DNA of 64,000 nt, taken from contig JBGQKD010000018.1 of assembly GCA_041499375.1 (NCBI GenBank), positions 212-64,211 on the forward strand, given 5' to 3'. The stretch comes from Gemmatimonadota bacterium (lineage in GTDB: Bacteria; Gemmatimonadota; Gemmatimonadetes; Gemmatimonadales; GWC2-71-9). Positions 54,933 to 64,000 of the stretch are shown one piece after another. The translations under genes and the position numbers were made by a program. The notes below the pieces were generated by a model. That model was not told the DNA's origin, did no database searches, and saw only the letters and a program-made list of their open reading frames with translations. The first letter of the stretch is position 1. Each line of letters begins with the position of its first letter.

Positions 54933-56996
54933 CTACAGCCGGACGCGCTTCAACAGCTGAGCGTTGATTGAGACGATGACGGTACTCGCCGACATCAGCA
55001 CCGCCCCGGCAGCCGGCGAGAGGAGAATGCCGCGCCCGGCGAGCACGCCGGCGGCCAGGGGAATGGCGAAGATGTTGTAGCCCGCGGCCCACCAGAGATT
55101 CTGGACCATCTTGCGATACGTCGCGCGGGACAACGTGATGATCCTGGGAATATCCCGCGGATCCGAGCGCACCAGCACGATGTGCCCGGCTTCGACGGCC
55201 ACATCGGTCCCTGCGCCGATCGCGATGCCGACGTCGGCGGTCGCCAGGGCTGGCGCGTCGTTGACCCCATCGCCTACCATCCCGACCTTGCGCCCCTGCT
55301 TCTGAAGCTCTTGCACCTTGGAGGCTTTGTCTTCCGGCAAGACCTCGGCGAACACCGTGTCGATGCCGAGGTCTTTCGCCACGGCGTCCGCGACGGCGCG
55401 CGCGTCTCCCGTGAGCATGGCGACCTCGATGCCCCGCTGATGCAGTGCCTCGATTGCTTCACGACTTTCCGGCCGGATTGCATCGGCGACTGCAAATACG
55501 GCCAGGGCGGCGCCGTCTCGTACTAGGTAAATGGCGGACTGGGCGCGGCGCGCCGCCGCATCCGCCGCCTGCCTCAGCGCCGGCGGAACGGAAGCGTTTT
55601 CCTCCTTCAGCAGTGCAGGACCGCCTACGTGGTACTCCACGCCATCGACTTTGGCGGCGACGCCCTTCCCCGGAAGGGCACGGAAGTCCGCGGCAGCCGG
55701 AAATCGGTTTCGCCGTTCCTCGGCCGTCTTCACGATCCCTCGGGCGATGGGGTGTTCCGATTCGGCCTCGACCGCTGCCGCGATCCGCAGCGCCTCATCC
55801 GCCGATACGCCATCCGCGACCGTCAACTCCACCACGCGGAATTCACCCAGTGTGAGCGTTCCTGTCTTGTCGAAGATCACGGTGTCGAGCGTCCTGGCCT
55901 CTTCGAGACCCCGGCGGTCACGCACGAGCAGGCCCGCGCGCGCGCCGAGTGTCGTCGAGATCGCGACGACCAGGGGTACCGCAAGCCCCAAGGCGTGCGG
56001 GCACGCGATGACGAGGACGGTCACGACGCGCACAACCGTGAAGTCGATGGGTGCCCCGAGTACCTGCCAGACAACCATCGTGAGCAGAGCGGCCGCGATC
56101 GCCACGCCGGTAAGCATCTGAGCGGCGCGATCGGCCAGGAGCTGGGCCCTGGACTTGGACCGCTGCGCGTCCGCGACAAGTCGCATGATCCGCGAGAGCT
56201 TCGTCTCGCTCCCGGTCCCCGTCACTTCCACGCGCAGGGAGCCCGCGCCGTTGATCGTGCCGGCGATGACCTCACTGCCCGCGCGTTTCTTCACGGGGCG
56301 GGATTCGCCGGTGATCATTGCCTCGTTGACGTCGCTCTCGCCCGCACGGACGACACCGTCCGCCGGCACGCTCTCGCCCGGTCGGACGAGCACCATATCT
56401 CCCTTGCGCAGCTCGGCGATCGGGACCTGCTCCTCGACGCCATCGCGCAGGCGCGTCGCCATATCCGGAAGCAGCTTGGCCAGCTCCGCGAGCGCGCCAT
56501 CGGCGCGTTCGATCGATCGCATTTCGATCCAGTGACCCAGCAGCATGATGGTCACGAGAGTGGCGAGCTCCCACCACAGGGCGTCCGCGGCGATCAGGCC
56601 CAGCTGCACGATCCAGGAGAACACGAAGGCGACGCTGATGGCGAGCGAGATGAGCGTCATCATCCCCGGCAAGCGATCTCGTAGCTCGCGCCAGGCACCC
56701 TGCAAGAAGGCGCGCCCGCCATAGAGAAAGACGAGCGTGCCGAAGACCGCCGGGATCCAGGACGCGCCCGGGACCGCCGGCGCTCGGTAACGGAGCAGCG
56801 CCTGGATATGCTCCGACCAGATCACGGCCGGAATCGTCAGAAGGGTCGAGAGCCAGAACCGATCGCGGAACATTTGCGGCGAATGGCCGGCGTGTGTGTC
56901 ATGCACGTGCTCACGCGCCGGCTCCTGCATCGCCGCGCCGTCGTGGCCGTGGTGATCCGCTCCGCTCATCGAATGGTGGCCGGTTCCGCCCGTCAC
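54933..56996 (-). CDS. copB: P1B-type heavy-metal ATPase, CopB-like (CPH motif, His-rich N-terminus)
   Basis: GTG start after GAGG. HHSMSGADHHGHDG N-terminus, ACPHALGLA, DKTGTLT, GDGVNDAP. Confidence 0.93.
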   Translation of the reverse strand: MTGGTGHHSMSGADHHGHDGAAMQEPAREHVHDTHAGHSPQMFRDRFWLSTLLTIPAVIWSEHIQALLRYRAPAVPGASWIPAVFGTLVFLYGGRAFLQGAWRELRDRLPGMMTLISLAISVAFVFSWIVQLGLIAADALWWELATLVTIMLLGHWIEMRSIERADGALAELAKLLPDMATRLRDGVEEQVPIAELRKGDMVLVRPGESVPADGVVRAGESDVNEAMITGESRPVKKRAGSEVIAGTINGAGSLRVEVTGTGSETKLSRIMRLVADAQRSKSRAQLLADRAAQMLTGVAIAAALLTMVVWQVLGAPIDFTVVRVVTVLVIACPHALGLAVPLVVAISTTLGARAGLLVRDRRGLEEARTLDTVIFDKTGTLTLGEFRVVELTVADGVSADEALRIAAAVEAESEHPIARGIVKTAEERRNRFPAAADFRALPGKGVAAKVDGVEYHVGGPALLKEENASVPPALRQAADAAARRAQSAIYLVRDGAALAVFAVADAIRPESREAIEALHQRGIEVAMLTGDARAVADAVAKDLGIDTVFAEVLPEDKASKVQELQKQGRKVGMVGDGVNDAPALATADVGIAIGAGTDVAVEAGHIVLVRSDPRDIPRIITLSRATYRKMVQNLWWAAGYNIFAIPLAAGVLAGRGILLSPAAGAVLMSASTVIVSINAQLLKRVRL

Positions 56997-57103
56997 GGAG
57001 ACCTCGCGTCGAGAGAATGGCGTCGTGCTAGACTCGCATCAGCGCCCGAATCGCGTCCACGGTTTCGGGACCGATGATCGCCTGATTGTCGTTCCGGGTG
57101 CTG

Positions 57104-57823
57104 TCACGTGACAGCGATCCCGGAATGGGCGACCGTCACGCTCCCGTGCCAAGTGAGGTGTTCGTAGACGCCGCTCCAATACATCCCGAACGTCAGCCCG
57201 AACAACAGCTCCTCGGCGGGGATACCGTAGATAAGGCCGCCATGCAGTGCCGGGAGATTCCAGACGGCCTCGATGTACCCAGGTGCGAACCAACGTAGCC
57301 CGAGCATGAGCACGGCGTACAGACCAAGGAACAGCACGCCTCCGACGAGCGTGTTTTTCATGAGATCGGGCCGGCAAACCACGGCGGCCAATGCGCCGAG
57401 CGCGAGCGCCAGCAGTGACGGATAGATCGGGTTCCACGGCAGCAAGAACCCCGGCACCAGCAGGACGATCGGCCCAACGAGCGCCAGCCGATGGAACTTG
57501 TGGCGGCGCTCGCTGCGATGCTCGGCGCCGAGCGGCACGAGCGCACGTCCGGTGAGCGTCGTATACAGAACCATCCCAATCCCGCCGACCGCGAAGGCGA
57601 ATATGAAGCTTTCGATATCGAAGCCCGTGCGTTGGGCGAGCTCGAACAAACTGGGCGGATTCCAGTAACGGGGGACAAAAATCGGCTCCGTGATGCCGAA
57701 CAGCGCCGTCACGAGGCTGGTGTGCCACATCGCCCGGCGTTTCCGCGGGTTGGCGACGAACACGACACTCCAGAGCCCTAAGAACGCCGCAGACCAGAGC
57801 AGCCACACGTAGTGGTACCTCAC
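57104..57823 (-). CDS. lycopene cyclase domain-like membrane protein
   Basis: 239 aa polytopic protein. EPIFVPRYWNP and GIPAEELLFG segments resemble CrtYc/d-type repeats. Confidence 0.5.
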   Translation of the reverse strand: MRYHYVWLLWSAAFLGLWSVVFVANPRKRRAMWHTSLVTALFGITEPIFVPRYWNPPSLFELAQRTGFDIESFIFAFAVGGIGMVLYTTLTGRALVPLGAEHRSERRHKFHRLALVGPIVLLVPGFLLPWNPIYPSLLALALGALAAVVCRPDLMKNTLVGGVLFLGLYAVLMLGLRWFAPGYIEAVWNLPALHGGLIYGIPAEELLFGLTFGMYWSGVYEHLTWHGSVTVAHSGIAVT

Positions 57824-57862
57824 GCGGCGTTCCTCTCACGCCGCGAGGGCATCATCCGATCC

Positions 57863-58345
57863 CTAGCGGGTCGCGTAAATCCTCGTCACGCCGGAGCGGT
57901 CGAAAGTGACGACGTTGTACGCGTCTCGGACCAGGCCCTCCATGCCCGGGGCTCCCCCTGGCATCCCGGGGACCGCGATGCCTGTCACCGGGGGCCGCTC
58001 CCGCAGCAAGCGCTGGATCACGTCGGCCGGCACGTGGCCCTCAACCGCGTAACCCTCGACCACCGCCGTGTGGCAGGACCTCAACGCCGATGTGATGCCG
58101 TAACGGTCCTTGATATCGCTGAGATCGGTCTTGTTCTGCACCGACACGCGGAATCCGGCGGCCTTCACGTGCTCGATCCAGTGGACGCAGCAGCCGCAAA
58201 TCGCGTCCTTGTAGACGACGATCTTCGGCGCCTGAGCCGGGGCGGCAGTCCTCGTCGCGAGGACCCCCACTACGGCGAGCCCGACAACGACCGCTCCGCC
58301 CCACAATTTCCGCCTGTTCATGTTCCCTCTCTTGTTGGATGGCAT
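57863..58345 (-). CDS. DUF411 (CopG-like) periplasmic metal-binding protein
   Basis: Signal peptide, ICGCCVHW and CHTAVVEGYAVEGHVP motifs. Confidence 0.85.
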   Translation of the reverse strand: MPSNKRGNMNRRKLWGGAVVVGLAVVGVLATRTAAPAQAPKIVVYKDAICGCCVHWIEHVKAAGFRVSVQNKTDLSDIKDRYGITSALRSCHTAVVEGYAVEGHVPADVIQRLLRERPPVTGIAVPGMPGGAPGMEGLVRDAYNVVTFDRSGVTRIYATR

Positions 58346-58375
58346 GTCGTGGCCGTATCCCGGCGCGGTGACTCA

Positions 58376-58640
58376 ACCGGTCGCGCATGGCGTCGCCGAA
58401 GCCCACACCGGTCGTGGCCAGGTGGGCGAGGATCCGCTCCTCGGCCTGCAGCGCCGTGTCGGACGTGGCGTAGACGGCTCCGATGACGGCGCCGCCACTT
58501 GTTCCCGCGATGTACGAAACAGGGATGCGCGCGCGGTCCAGGACTTTGAGCACCCCGAGCTGCGCCATCGCCCTTGCGCCCCCGCCCGAAAGCGCGATGC
58601 CGAGCTCGCCGCTGGCGACGCAGACGCAGTCACCCATCAC
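58376..58640 (-). pseudogene. patatin-like phospholipase, N-terminal fragment only
   Basis: GIALSGGGARAMAQLGVL (oxyanion GGG.R) and IAGTSGGAVIG (GxSxG). Homology is lost after ~88 codons, where the DUF411 gene region begins. Confidence 0.7.
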
Positions 58641-59299
58641 GCCGCCTTCCGGCCGCGATAAAGCGACACGGTGCCCAGCGGGACGGCGAACCGCCGCGTC
58701 TCCCGCGAGCCCTGGAAGCCCCCGGTCGCCATCATGTCTGGCAGCCGCCCCGCCACGTTGTCCCGGGTAGTCGCGAAACCGTCCACCAGCTGAACGAGAA
58801 CGAACACTCCTCGCATGAAGCGGTTGGCGGGCCGTCCCCAGTCGGCAACGTGGACTTCGCCTCCGGGCTTGAGGACCCGGAACGCCTCGCGGAGCGCCGC
58901 CACCTTTTGCTCGGGGGTCAGGTGGTGCAGCGTCAAGCTCGAAAGCACCCGGTCGAAGCTCTCGTCGGCATACGGGAGAGCCACGGCCGACCCCAGATCA
59001 AGCGAGACCTCCAGGCCCGAGCGGAGAACCTTGCGACGCGCGAGCTCGAGCATCACCGGATCGATGTCCAACCCGACGACGTGCGCCCGCGGCTCCGCTC
59101 GTTTGGCAAGCAGCGCCAGCGTAGCCGTCCCGCACCCGACATCGAGCACGCGCTGGCCAGGAGCGATGGCCGCCTGCTGGAGGAGCGCGCCTTTGAAGGC
59201 CCGTTCCCGCAGGGTCAGGCGGAGGAGCGGGTCGTACAGGCGGGCGACCAGCGGATGTCCGAGAGCCGGTACGAAGGTGTCAGCGCGCGTCATAGCCAT
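58637..59299 (-). CDS. class I SAM methyltransferase downstream of cusCBA
   Basis: ATG 59299 lies 3 nt after GGAGGGAG. VLDVGCGTATLA SAM motif. Stop overlaps the patatin-remnant start. Confidence 0.85.
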   Translation of the reverse strand: MAMTRADTFVPALGHPLVARLYDPLLRLTLRERAFKGALLQQAAIAPGQRVLDVGCGTATLALLAKRAEPRAHVVGLDIDPVMLELARRKVLRSGLEVSLDLGSAVALPYADESFDRVLSSLTLHHLTPEQKVAALREAFRVLKPGGEVHVADWGRPANRFMRGVFVLVQLVDGFATTRDNVAGRLPDMMATGGFQGSRETRRFAVPLGTVSLYRGRKAA

Positions 59300-59352
59300 G
59301 GACTCCCTCCGGCGTTGGAGGCTCAGGAACGCCCGAAGCCAGGCGTTTGCGT

Positions 59353-62300
59353 TCATGCCGATCCCCCTCCCCCTTGGCCCGCCTCCCGCCCGACCTGCCA
59401 GCTCCGCCACAGGTAGTAAATCGCCGGGATGACCGCGAGCGTGAGCAGCGTGGCCGTCACCATGCCCCCAACCATCGGCGCGGCGATCCGCTTCATGACA
59501 TCGGCCCCCGTGCCCGCGCTCCAGAGAATCGGCGCCAGACCGGCGATCACCGCAGTTACGGTCATCATCACCGGCCGCAAGCGCTGCACGGCGCCCTCGG
59601 CGACCGCGCCGGCCACGTCCGCCGCGGTGTGCAGCTCCCCTGCGAGGCGCCGCCGATGGAACGCCTCGTCGAGGTAGATGAGCATCACGACGCCCGTCTC
59701 CGCCGCTACGCCAGCCAACGCGATGAACCCGACCCACACCGCCACGCTGGTGTTGTAGCCCAGCCCCCAGATCGACCAGATGCCCCCGACCAGCGCGAAC
59801 GGCAGCGCGAGCATCACGATCAGCGTCTCCTCCACACCGCGGAAGTTGAAGTAGAGCAGCAAGAAGATCAGCCCGAGCGTCAATGGCACCACGAGCTTCA
59901 GCTTCTCGCGCACGCGCTCCATGAACTCGAACTGCCCGCTCCAGGTCAGGCGGTATCCGGGCGGCAGGGTCAACTGGGCCGCCACCACACGCTGGGCGTC
60001 CCGCACGTACCCACCCAGATCGCGGCCCTCGATATCCACGTAGACTGTCGTCACCGGGTACGCGTCGTCGGTCTTCACGGCCATGGGGCCCTGGACGACG
60101 TTGACGCGCGCGACCTCCCCCAGAGGGATCTGGACGCCGGACATCGTGGGCACCACGATGTCGCGCAGCTTTTGCGCGTTGTCCCGTAGCTCCCGCGGGT
60201 ATCTGACGTTGACCTCGTAGCGCTCCCGCCCCTCCACCGTGATCGCTGCGGTCATGCCGCCGGCCGTGGCCATTATCACGTCGTGTAGGTCGCCGGCGTT
60301 CAGCCCGAACCGGGCGGCCTGGGCCCGGTCGATCTGCACATCCACGTAGTAGCCCGATACGTTGCGCTCGGCGAAGACGTTGCGCGTGCCCCGTACGTTC
60401 TGGAGGATGCGCTCGACGCGCTCGCCCAACGCTTGCAACGTGTCGAGGTTGGGGCCATAGACCTTGACCCCCACGGGCGTCCGGACGCCGGTCGCGAGCA
60501 TGTCGATCCGGTTCTTGATCGGCATCGTCCAGGCATTGGTCACGCCGGGGAGCCGGACGGCGCGGTCCATCTCGCTGACGAGCCGCTCGGTGGTCATGCC
60601 GCGACGCCACTGGTCACGCGCCTTGAGCACGACCGTCGTCTCGTACATGTCGAGCGGCGCGGGGTCGGTGGCGGTGTTCGCGCGGCCAACCTTGCCGAAC
60701 ACGGACACGACCTCGGGGAATGACGCCAGGACGCTGTCCTGATAGCGCATGATCGCCCGCGCCTGGGCGATCGAAACGCCCGGGACGGTCGTCGGCATGA
60801 AGAGCAGCGAGCCCTCGTCCAGGGGCGGCATGAACTCGCTCCCCAGCCGGCTCCACGGGAGAACGGTCGCCGCCAGCACGAGGCCGGCGCCGGCGACCAC
60901 GCGCCAGGGGTAGCGCAGCACCAGCGCAATCACGGGTCGATAGGCCCGCATCAGCCAGCGGTTCACTGGGTTCGTCTGCTGCGGGCGGATGCGACCGCGC
61001 ACGAGATAGCCCATCAGCACCGGGACGAGGGTGATCGAGAGGAGCGCCGCACCCGCCATCGCGAACGTCTTCGTGAACGCCAGCGGCTTGAACAGCCGCC
61101 CTTCCTGCTGCTCGAGCGAGAACACCGGAAGGAATGACACGACGATGATGAGGAGCGAGAAGAAGAGCGGTGGTCCCACCTGGACGGCCGCCTCTCGCAC
61201 GACCTCCCAGCGCGGGCGGTCGCCGCCCTGCTCCAGGTGTTTGTGCATATTCTCGATCATCACGATCGCGGCGTCCACCATGGCGCCCATCGCGATCGCG
61301 ATCCCGCCCAGGCTCATGATGTTGGCGCCGACGCCCATCGACCGCATCACGAGGAACGAGATCAGGATGCCGAGCGGCAGCGTGACGATGGCGACCAGCG
61401 CCGAGCGGAAATGGAGCAGGAACACCATCGCGACCAGGGCGACGATCAGCGATTCTTCGATCAGGGTCCGACGCAGGTTGCTGATCGCCCGGTGGATGAG
61501 GTCGGACCGGTCGTACACCGGCACGAGCCGCACACCGGCGGGCAGCGTGCGCTGCACCTCCGCCACCCGCGCCTTGATCGCCTCGATCGTCTTCAACGCA
61601 TCGCTGCCGAACCGCATGATCACGATGCCCCCGACCGCCTCACCCCGGCCGTTCAGATCGGCCGCGCCCCGGCGTGCCGCGGGGCCCACCTGGACCGTCG
61701 CGACGTCCCCGACCCGGATCGGCGTGCCGGACATAGCGCTGCCCACCGCCACGTTCTCGATGTCGGCGGTCGACCGCAGGTACCCGAGGCCGCGGATCAT
61801 GTACTCCCGGCCGCCCATCTCGATGACCCGCGCGCCGACGTCGGCATTGTGCCGGCCGATCGCCTCCACCACCCGCATCACCGGGATCCGGAACGCGCGC
61901 AGTTTCTCGGGGTCGACCTCGACCTGGTACTGCTTGACGTAGCCGCCCAGGCTCGCGACCTCGGAGACGCCGGGGATCGCGGTGAGCTGGTAGCGGAGGT
62001 ACCAATCCTGCAGGGTCCGAAGCTGGGCCAGGTTGAGCGAGTCGCTCTCGAGCACGTACTCGAACACCCAGCCGACGCCGGTGGCGTCGGGGCCGAGGGT
62101 GGGCTCGACGCCCGCGGGGAGGCGCTGGCGCAGCCCGTTCATGTACTCGAGGACGCGCGAGCGTGCCCAGTACAGGTCGGTGCCGTCCTCGAACAGGACG
62201 TACACGAGCGACAAGCCGAAGAAGGAGTATCCGCGCACGACGCGCGAGCCGGGCACCTTGAGCATCTCGGACGCGATGGGATAGGTGACCTGGTCCTCGA

Positions 62301-62481
62301 CGATTTGCGGAGCCTGCTCCGAGAACTCGGTCTGGATCACGACCTGCACATCCGAGAGGTCCGGCAGGGCGTCGATCGGCGTCGTGGCAATCGCCCAGAT
62401 GCCGGCTACCACGAGCGCGCAGGTCCCCAGCCCGACGAGGAACCGGTTCTTGAGCGACCATGCGATGACGTTGGCGATCAT
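59353..62481 (-). CDS. cusA: CusA/CzcA-family heavy-metal efflux RND pump (second copy)
   Basis: 1042 aa, typical HME-RND N-terminus (MIANVIAWSLKNRF...). Confidence 0.95.
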   Translation of the reverse strand: MIANVIAWSLKNRFLVGLGTCALVVAGIWAIATTPIDALPDLSDVQVVIQTEFSEQAPQIVEDQVTYPIASEMLKVPGSRVVRGYSFFGLSLVYVLFEDGTDLYWARSRVLEYMNGLRQRLPAGVEPTLGPDATGVGWVFEYVLESDSLNLAQLRTLQDWYLRYQLTAIPGVSEVASLGGYVKQYQVEVDPEKLRAFRIPVMRVVEAIGRHNADVGARVIEMGGREYMIRGLGYLRSTADIENVAVGSAMSGTPIRVGDVATVQVGPAARRGAADLNGRGEAVGGIVIMRFGSDALKTIEAIKARVAEVQRTLPAGVRLVPVYDRSDLIHRAISNLRRTLIEESLIVALVAMVFLLHFRSALVAIVTLPLGILISFLVMRSMGVGANIMSLGGIAIAMGAMVDAAIVMIENMHKHLEQGGDRPRWEVVREAAVQVGPPLFFSLLIIVVSFLPVFSLEQQEGRLFKPLAFTKTFAMAGAALLSITLVPVLMGYLVRGRIRPQQTNPVNRWLMRAYRPVIALVLRYPWRVVAGAGLVLAATVLPWSRLGSEFMPPLDEGSLLFMPTTVPGVSIAQARAIMRYQDSVLASFPEVVSVFGKVGRANTATDPAPLDMYETTVVLKARDQWRRGMTTERLVSEMDRAVRLPGVTNAWTMPIKNRIDMLATGVRTPVGVKVYGPNLDTLQALGERVERILQNVRGTRNVFAERNVSGYYVDVQIDRAQAARFGLNAGDLHDVIMATAGGMTAAITVEGRERYEVNVRYPRELRDNAQKLRDIVVPTMSGVQIPLGEVARVNVVQGPMAVKTDDAYPVTTVYVDIEGRDLGGYVRDAQRVVAAQLTLPPGYRLTWSGQFEFMERVREKLKLVVPLTLGLIFLLLYFNFRGVEETLIVMLALPFALVGGIWSIWGLGYNTSVAVWVGFIALAGVAAETGVVMLIYLDEAFHRRRLAGELHTAADVAGAVAEGAVQRLRPVMMTVTAVIAGLAPILWSAGTGADVMKRIAAPMVGGMVTATLLTLAVIPAIYYLWRSWQVGREAGQGGGGSA

Positions 62482-63653
62482 GGCCGCTTCTTCTCCGTTC
62501 CCATGTCCATGCCTGGCATAGCCGTCCCCGTGCCGGTCGCGAGCCGCGACTCCGCGTCCACTAGGAAGTTGGCCGACGCCACGATCCGTTCGCCGCCGGT
62601 GAGGCCGCTGAGCACCTGGAACCGCCCCCCGGCGCGCGGACCGAGCACGATCTCGCGCGGCGTGAGGGCGCCGTCCGGCCCAACGACGAATACGAGATTC
62701 CGCACGCCCGTCTGCACGACCGCTTCCGCGGGCACCTGCAACACGTCGCCCCCCCCCACCCGCGCCTCAAACAACAGCGTCGCGTACATGCCGGGCTTGA
62801 GCAGCCCGCCGGGGTTCGCGAAGGCGACGCGCACCCGGACGGTCCGGCTCTGCTCGTCCACCGTCGGCCACACGAAGCTCACGCGGCCGTCAACAAACCG
62901 CCCTGGGTACGCCGTCAGCTCGGCCTGCACGGGCGCGCCGACCCGAATGAAGGCCAGATCCTGCTCGAACACCGCCCCTTCGATCCACACCGTCCTCAGG
63001 TCGGCGATCCGATAGAGCTTCATCCCGGTCATCACTGATTGCCCGGCGACCACCATTTTCTCGAGGACGACCCCGTTGACCGGCGCGTTGAGCGTCAGCG
63101 TCTTCGTGACCTCACCCGTGCGCTCGAGGTCCTCGATCTGGTTGGTCGAGATGTCCCAGTAGGCGAGCCGGCGGCGCGCGGCGGCCAGCAGCCCCTGCGC
63201 GTTGCGCCAGGTTTCCCGATCGGCCGAGTCCACGCCAGCGGCGAGCCGCTTGGCGGCGAGCAGCTCCTCCTGTGCCGCGACGAGCATCGGGCTGTAGATG
63301 GTGAGCAGCGGCTGCCCACGTCGCACCGTGACGCCCGTCGCGTCCACGTACAGCTCCTCGACGAACCCATCGATCTTCGTGGTGATATCGGCGAGCCCCG
63401 GCTCCGCCGGGACGACCTGGCCGACCGTCCGCACCGTGCGGCCGAGCGGCCCGCGCTCCACGACCGTGAACGTCACGCCGATCGCGTGCGCCTGCTCGGC
63501 GCTCAGATGTACCGGCGTCCGCTCCGCGGGAACCGAATCCGCCCGCGCCGAATCACTCATGTCCATCCCGGCCATCGCGTCCGCCTCCGGCTTGGCGCGG
63601 CAGGCCGCCACCAGCCCCCCTGCGGTGGCGAGGATCGTTAAGAGTCGCGTCAT
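62478..63653 (-). CDS. cusB: RND periplasmic adaptor subunit (CusB-like)
   Basis: 391 aa lipoprotein-like N-terminus with a Met-rich segment (AMAGMDMS; MPGMDMG at the C-terminus). 4-nt overlaps on both sides. Confidence 0.9.
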   Translation of the reverse strand: MTRLLTILATAGGLVAACRAKPEADAMAGMDMSDSARADSVPAERTPVHLSAEQAHAIGVTFTVVERGPLGRTVRTVGQVVPAEPGLADITTKIDGFVEELYVDATGVTVRRGQPLLTIYSPMLVAAQEELLAAKRLAAGVDSADRETWRNAQGLLAAARRRLAYWDISTNQIEDLERTGEVTKTLTLNAPVNGVVLEKMVVAGQSVMTGMKLYRIADLRTVWIEGAVFEQDLAFIRVGAPVQAELTAYPGRFVDGRVSFVWPTVDEQSRTVRVRVAFANPGGLLKPGMYATLLFEARVGGGDVLQVPAEAVVQTGVRNLVFVVGPDGALTPREIVLGPRAGGRFQVLSGLTGGERIVASANFLVDAESRLATGTGTAMPGMDMGTEKKRP

Positions 63654-64000
63654 GGCTGTACCTCTCTGCCCACTAGGGCTTCCAACTCCCCGACCGCCTG
63701 GTGATAGTCGGCGAGCAGCCGGTAGGTCTCGGTCTCGTAGCGGTTGACGGTCATTTGGTTGTCGACGAGCTGCATGAACGCCACGCGTCCAACGCGGTAC
63801 CCCGACAGAGACGACTGCACGGCGGCCCGGGCCTGCGGCAGGATGCTGCCGCGGTACAGTCGAATCAGGTTCTGGTCCTGGACGGCGCGGGCGCGTGTCT
63901 CGACGATCCGCGCAACCGTCTCGTTCTGAAGACTCGCCAACTCGGCCGTCGCCATGCCCCGCATCGCCGCCATCTCCCGTCGCATCGGGAGCTGTCTCGA
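63650..64000 (-). CDS. cusC: TolC-family outer membrane factor (CusC-like), 5' part outside window
   Basis: C-terminal OEP repeat (...YRVGRVAFMQLVDNQ...YHQAVGELEALVG). Frame is open to the window edge. Confidence 0.85.
   Translation of the reverse strand, partial: SRQLPMRREMAAMRGMATAELASLQNETVARIVETRARAVQDQNLIRLYRGSILPQARAAVQSSLSGYRVGRVAFMQLVDNQMTVNRYETETYRLLADYHQAVGELEALVGREVQP

Noticed and set aside
57101-57114. Perfect 14-bp palindrome CTGTCACGTGACAG overlapping the stop codon of the lycopene-cyclase-domain gene, ~105 nt upstream of copB
   Set aside because: It is a single short palindrome with no second copy and no matching regulator in the window. It could be a copB operator, but the evidence is too thin.
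63955-64000. Apparent one-base mismatch between the printed last sequence line and the ORF-track coordinates and translation (expected ...CATGCCCCGCAT...)
   Set aside because: This looks like a formatting or transcription issue in the listing, not biology. I kept the ORF-track coordinates.

Overview
High-GC bacterial DNA; gene content suggests a soil Gemmatimonadota- or Acidobacteriota-like organism, but that is a low-confidence guess. I read three blocks. (1) 1-20.9 kb is core metabolism: preT/preA, an ABC exporter, a small gene-decay patch, an EamA transporter, a PilT-like ATPase operon, and a tightly coupled minus-strand operon leuA-ilvB-ilvN~ilvC-leuC-leuD-leuB-ilvD-pheA. A Leu-rich leader peptide and an intrinsic terminator (a classical attenuator) precede that operon. 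(2) 20.9-38.9 kb is a ~18 kb integrative island at tRNA-Thr(CGU). It is bounded by a 42-bp direct repeat that, unusually, duplicates the 5' half of the tRNA. A tandem-decamer element sits just inside each end, and the tyrosine integrase is decayed. Cargo: fluoride riboswitch-crcB-DUF190; an SQR-like/DsrE/SQR-like module facing an ArsR::rhodanese regulator; three SAM methyltransferases, each with a lesion or recoding candidate; and a GDCCVxC-czcCBA-adaptor-CDF metal efflux operon. (3) 39-64 kb holds an AlkA-like glycosylase, two PadR regulators flanking a 50-codon perfect heptad-repeat micro-ORF, redox and PPK2 genes, a copper module (two-domain MCO, DUF4396, LssY, CopB-type ATPase, DUF411) and a second cusCBA operon. 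Most long alternative-frame ORFs in the track are high-GC shadow ORFs. All calls come from reading motifs by eye; no searches were run.
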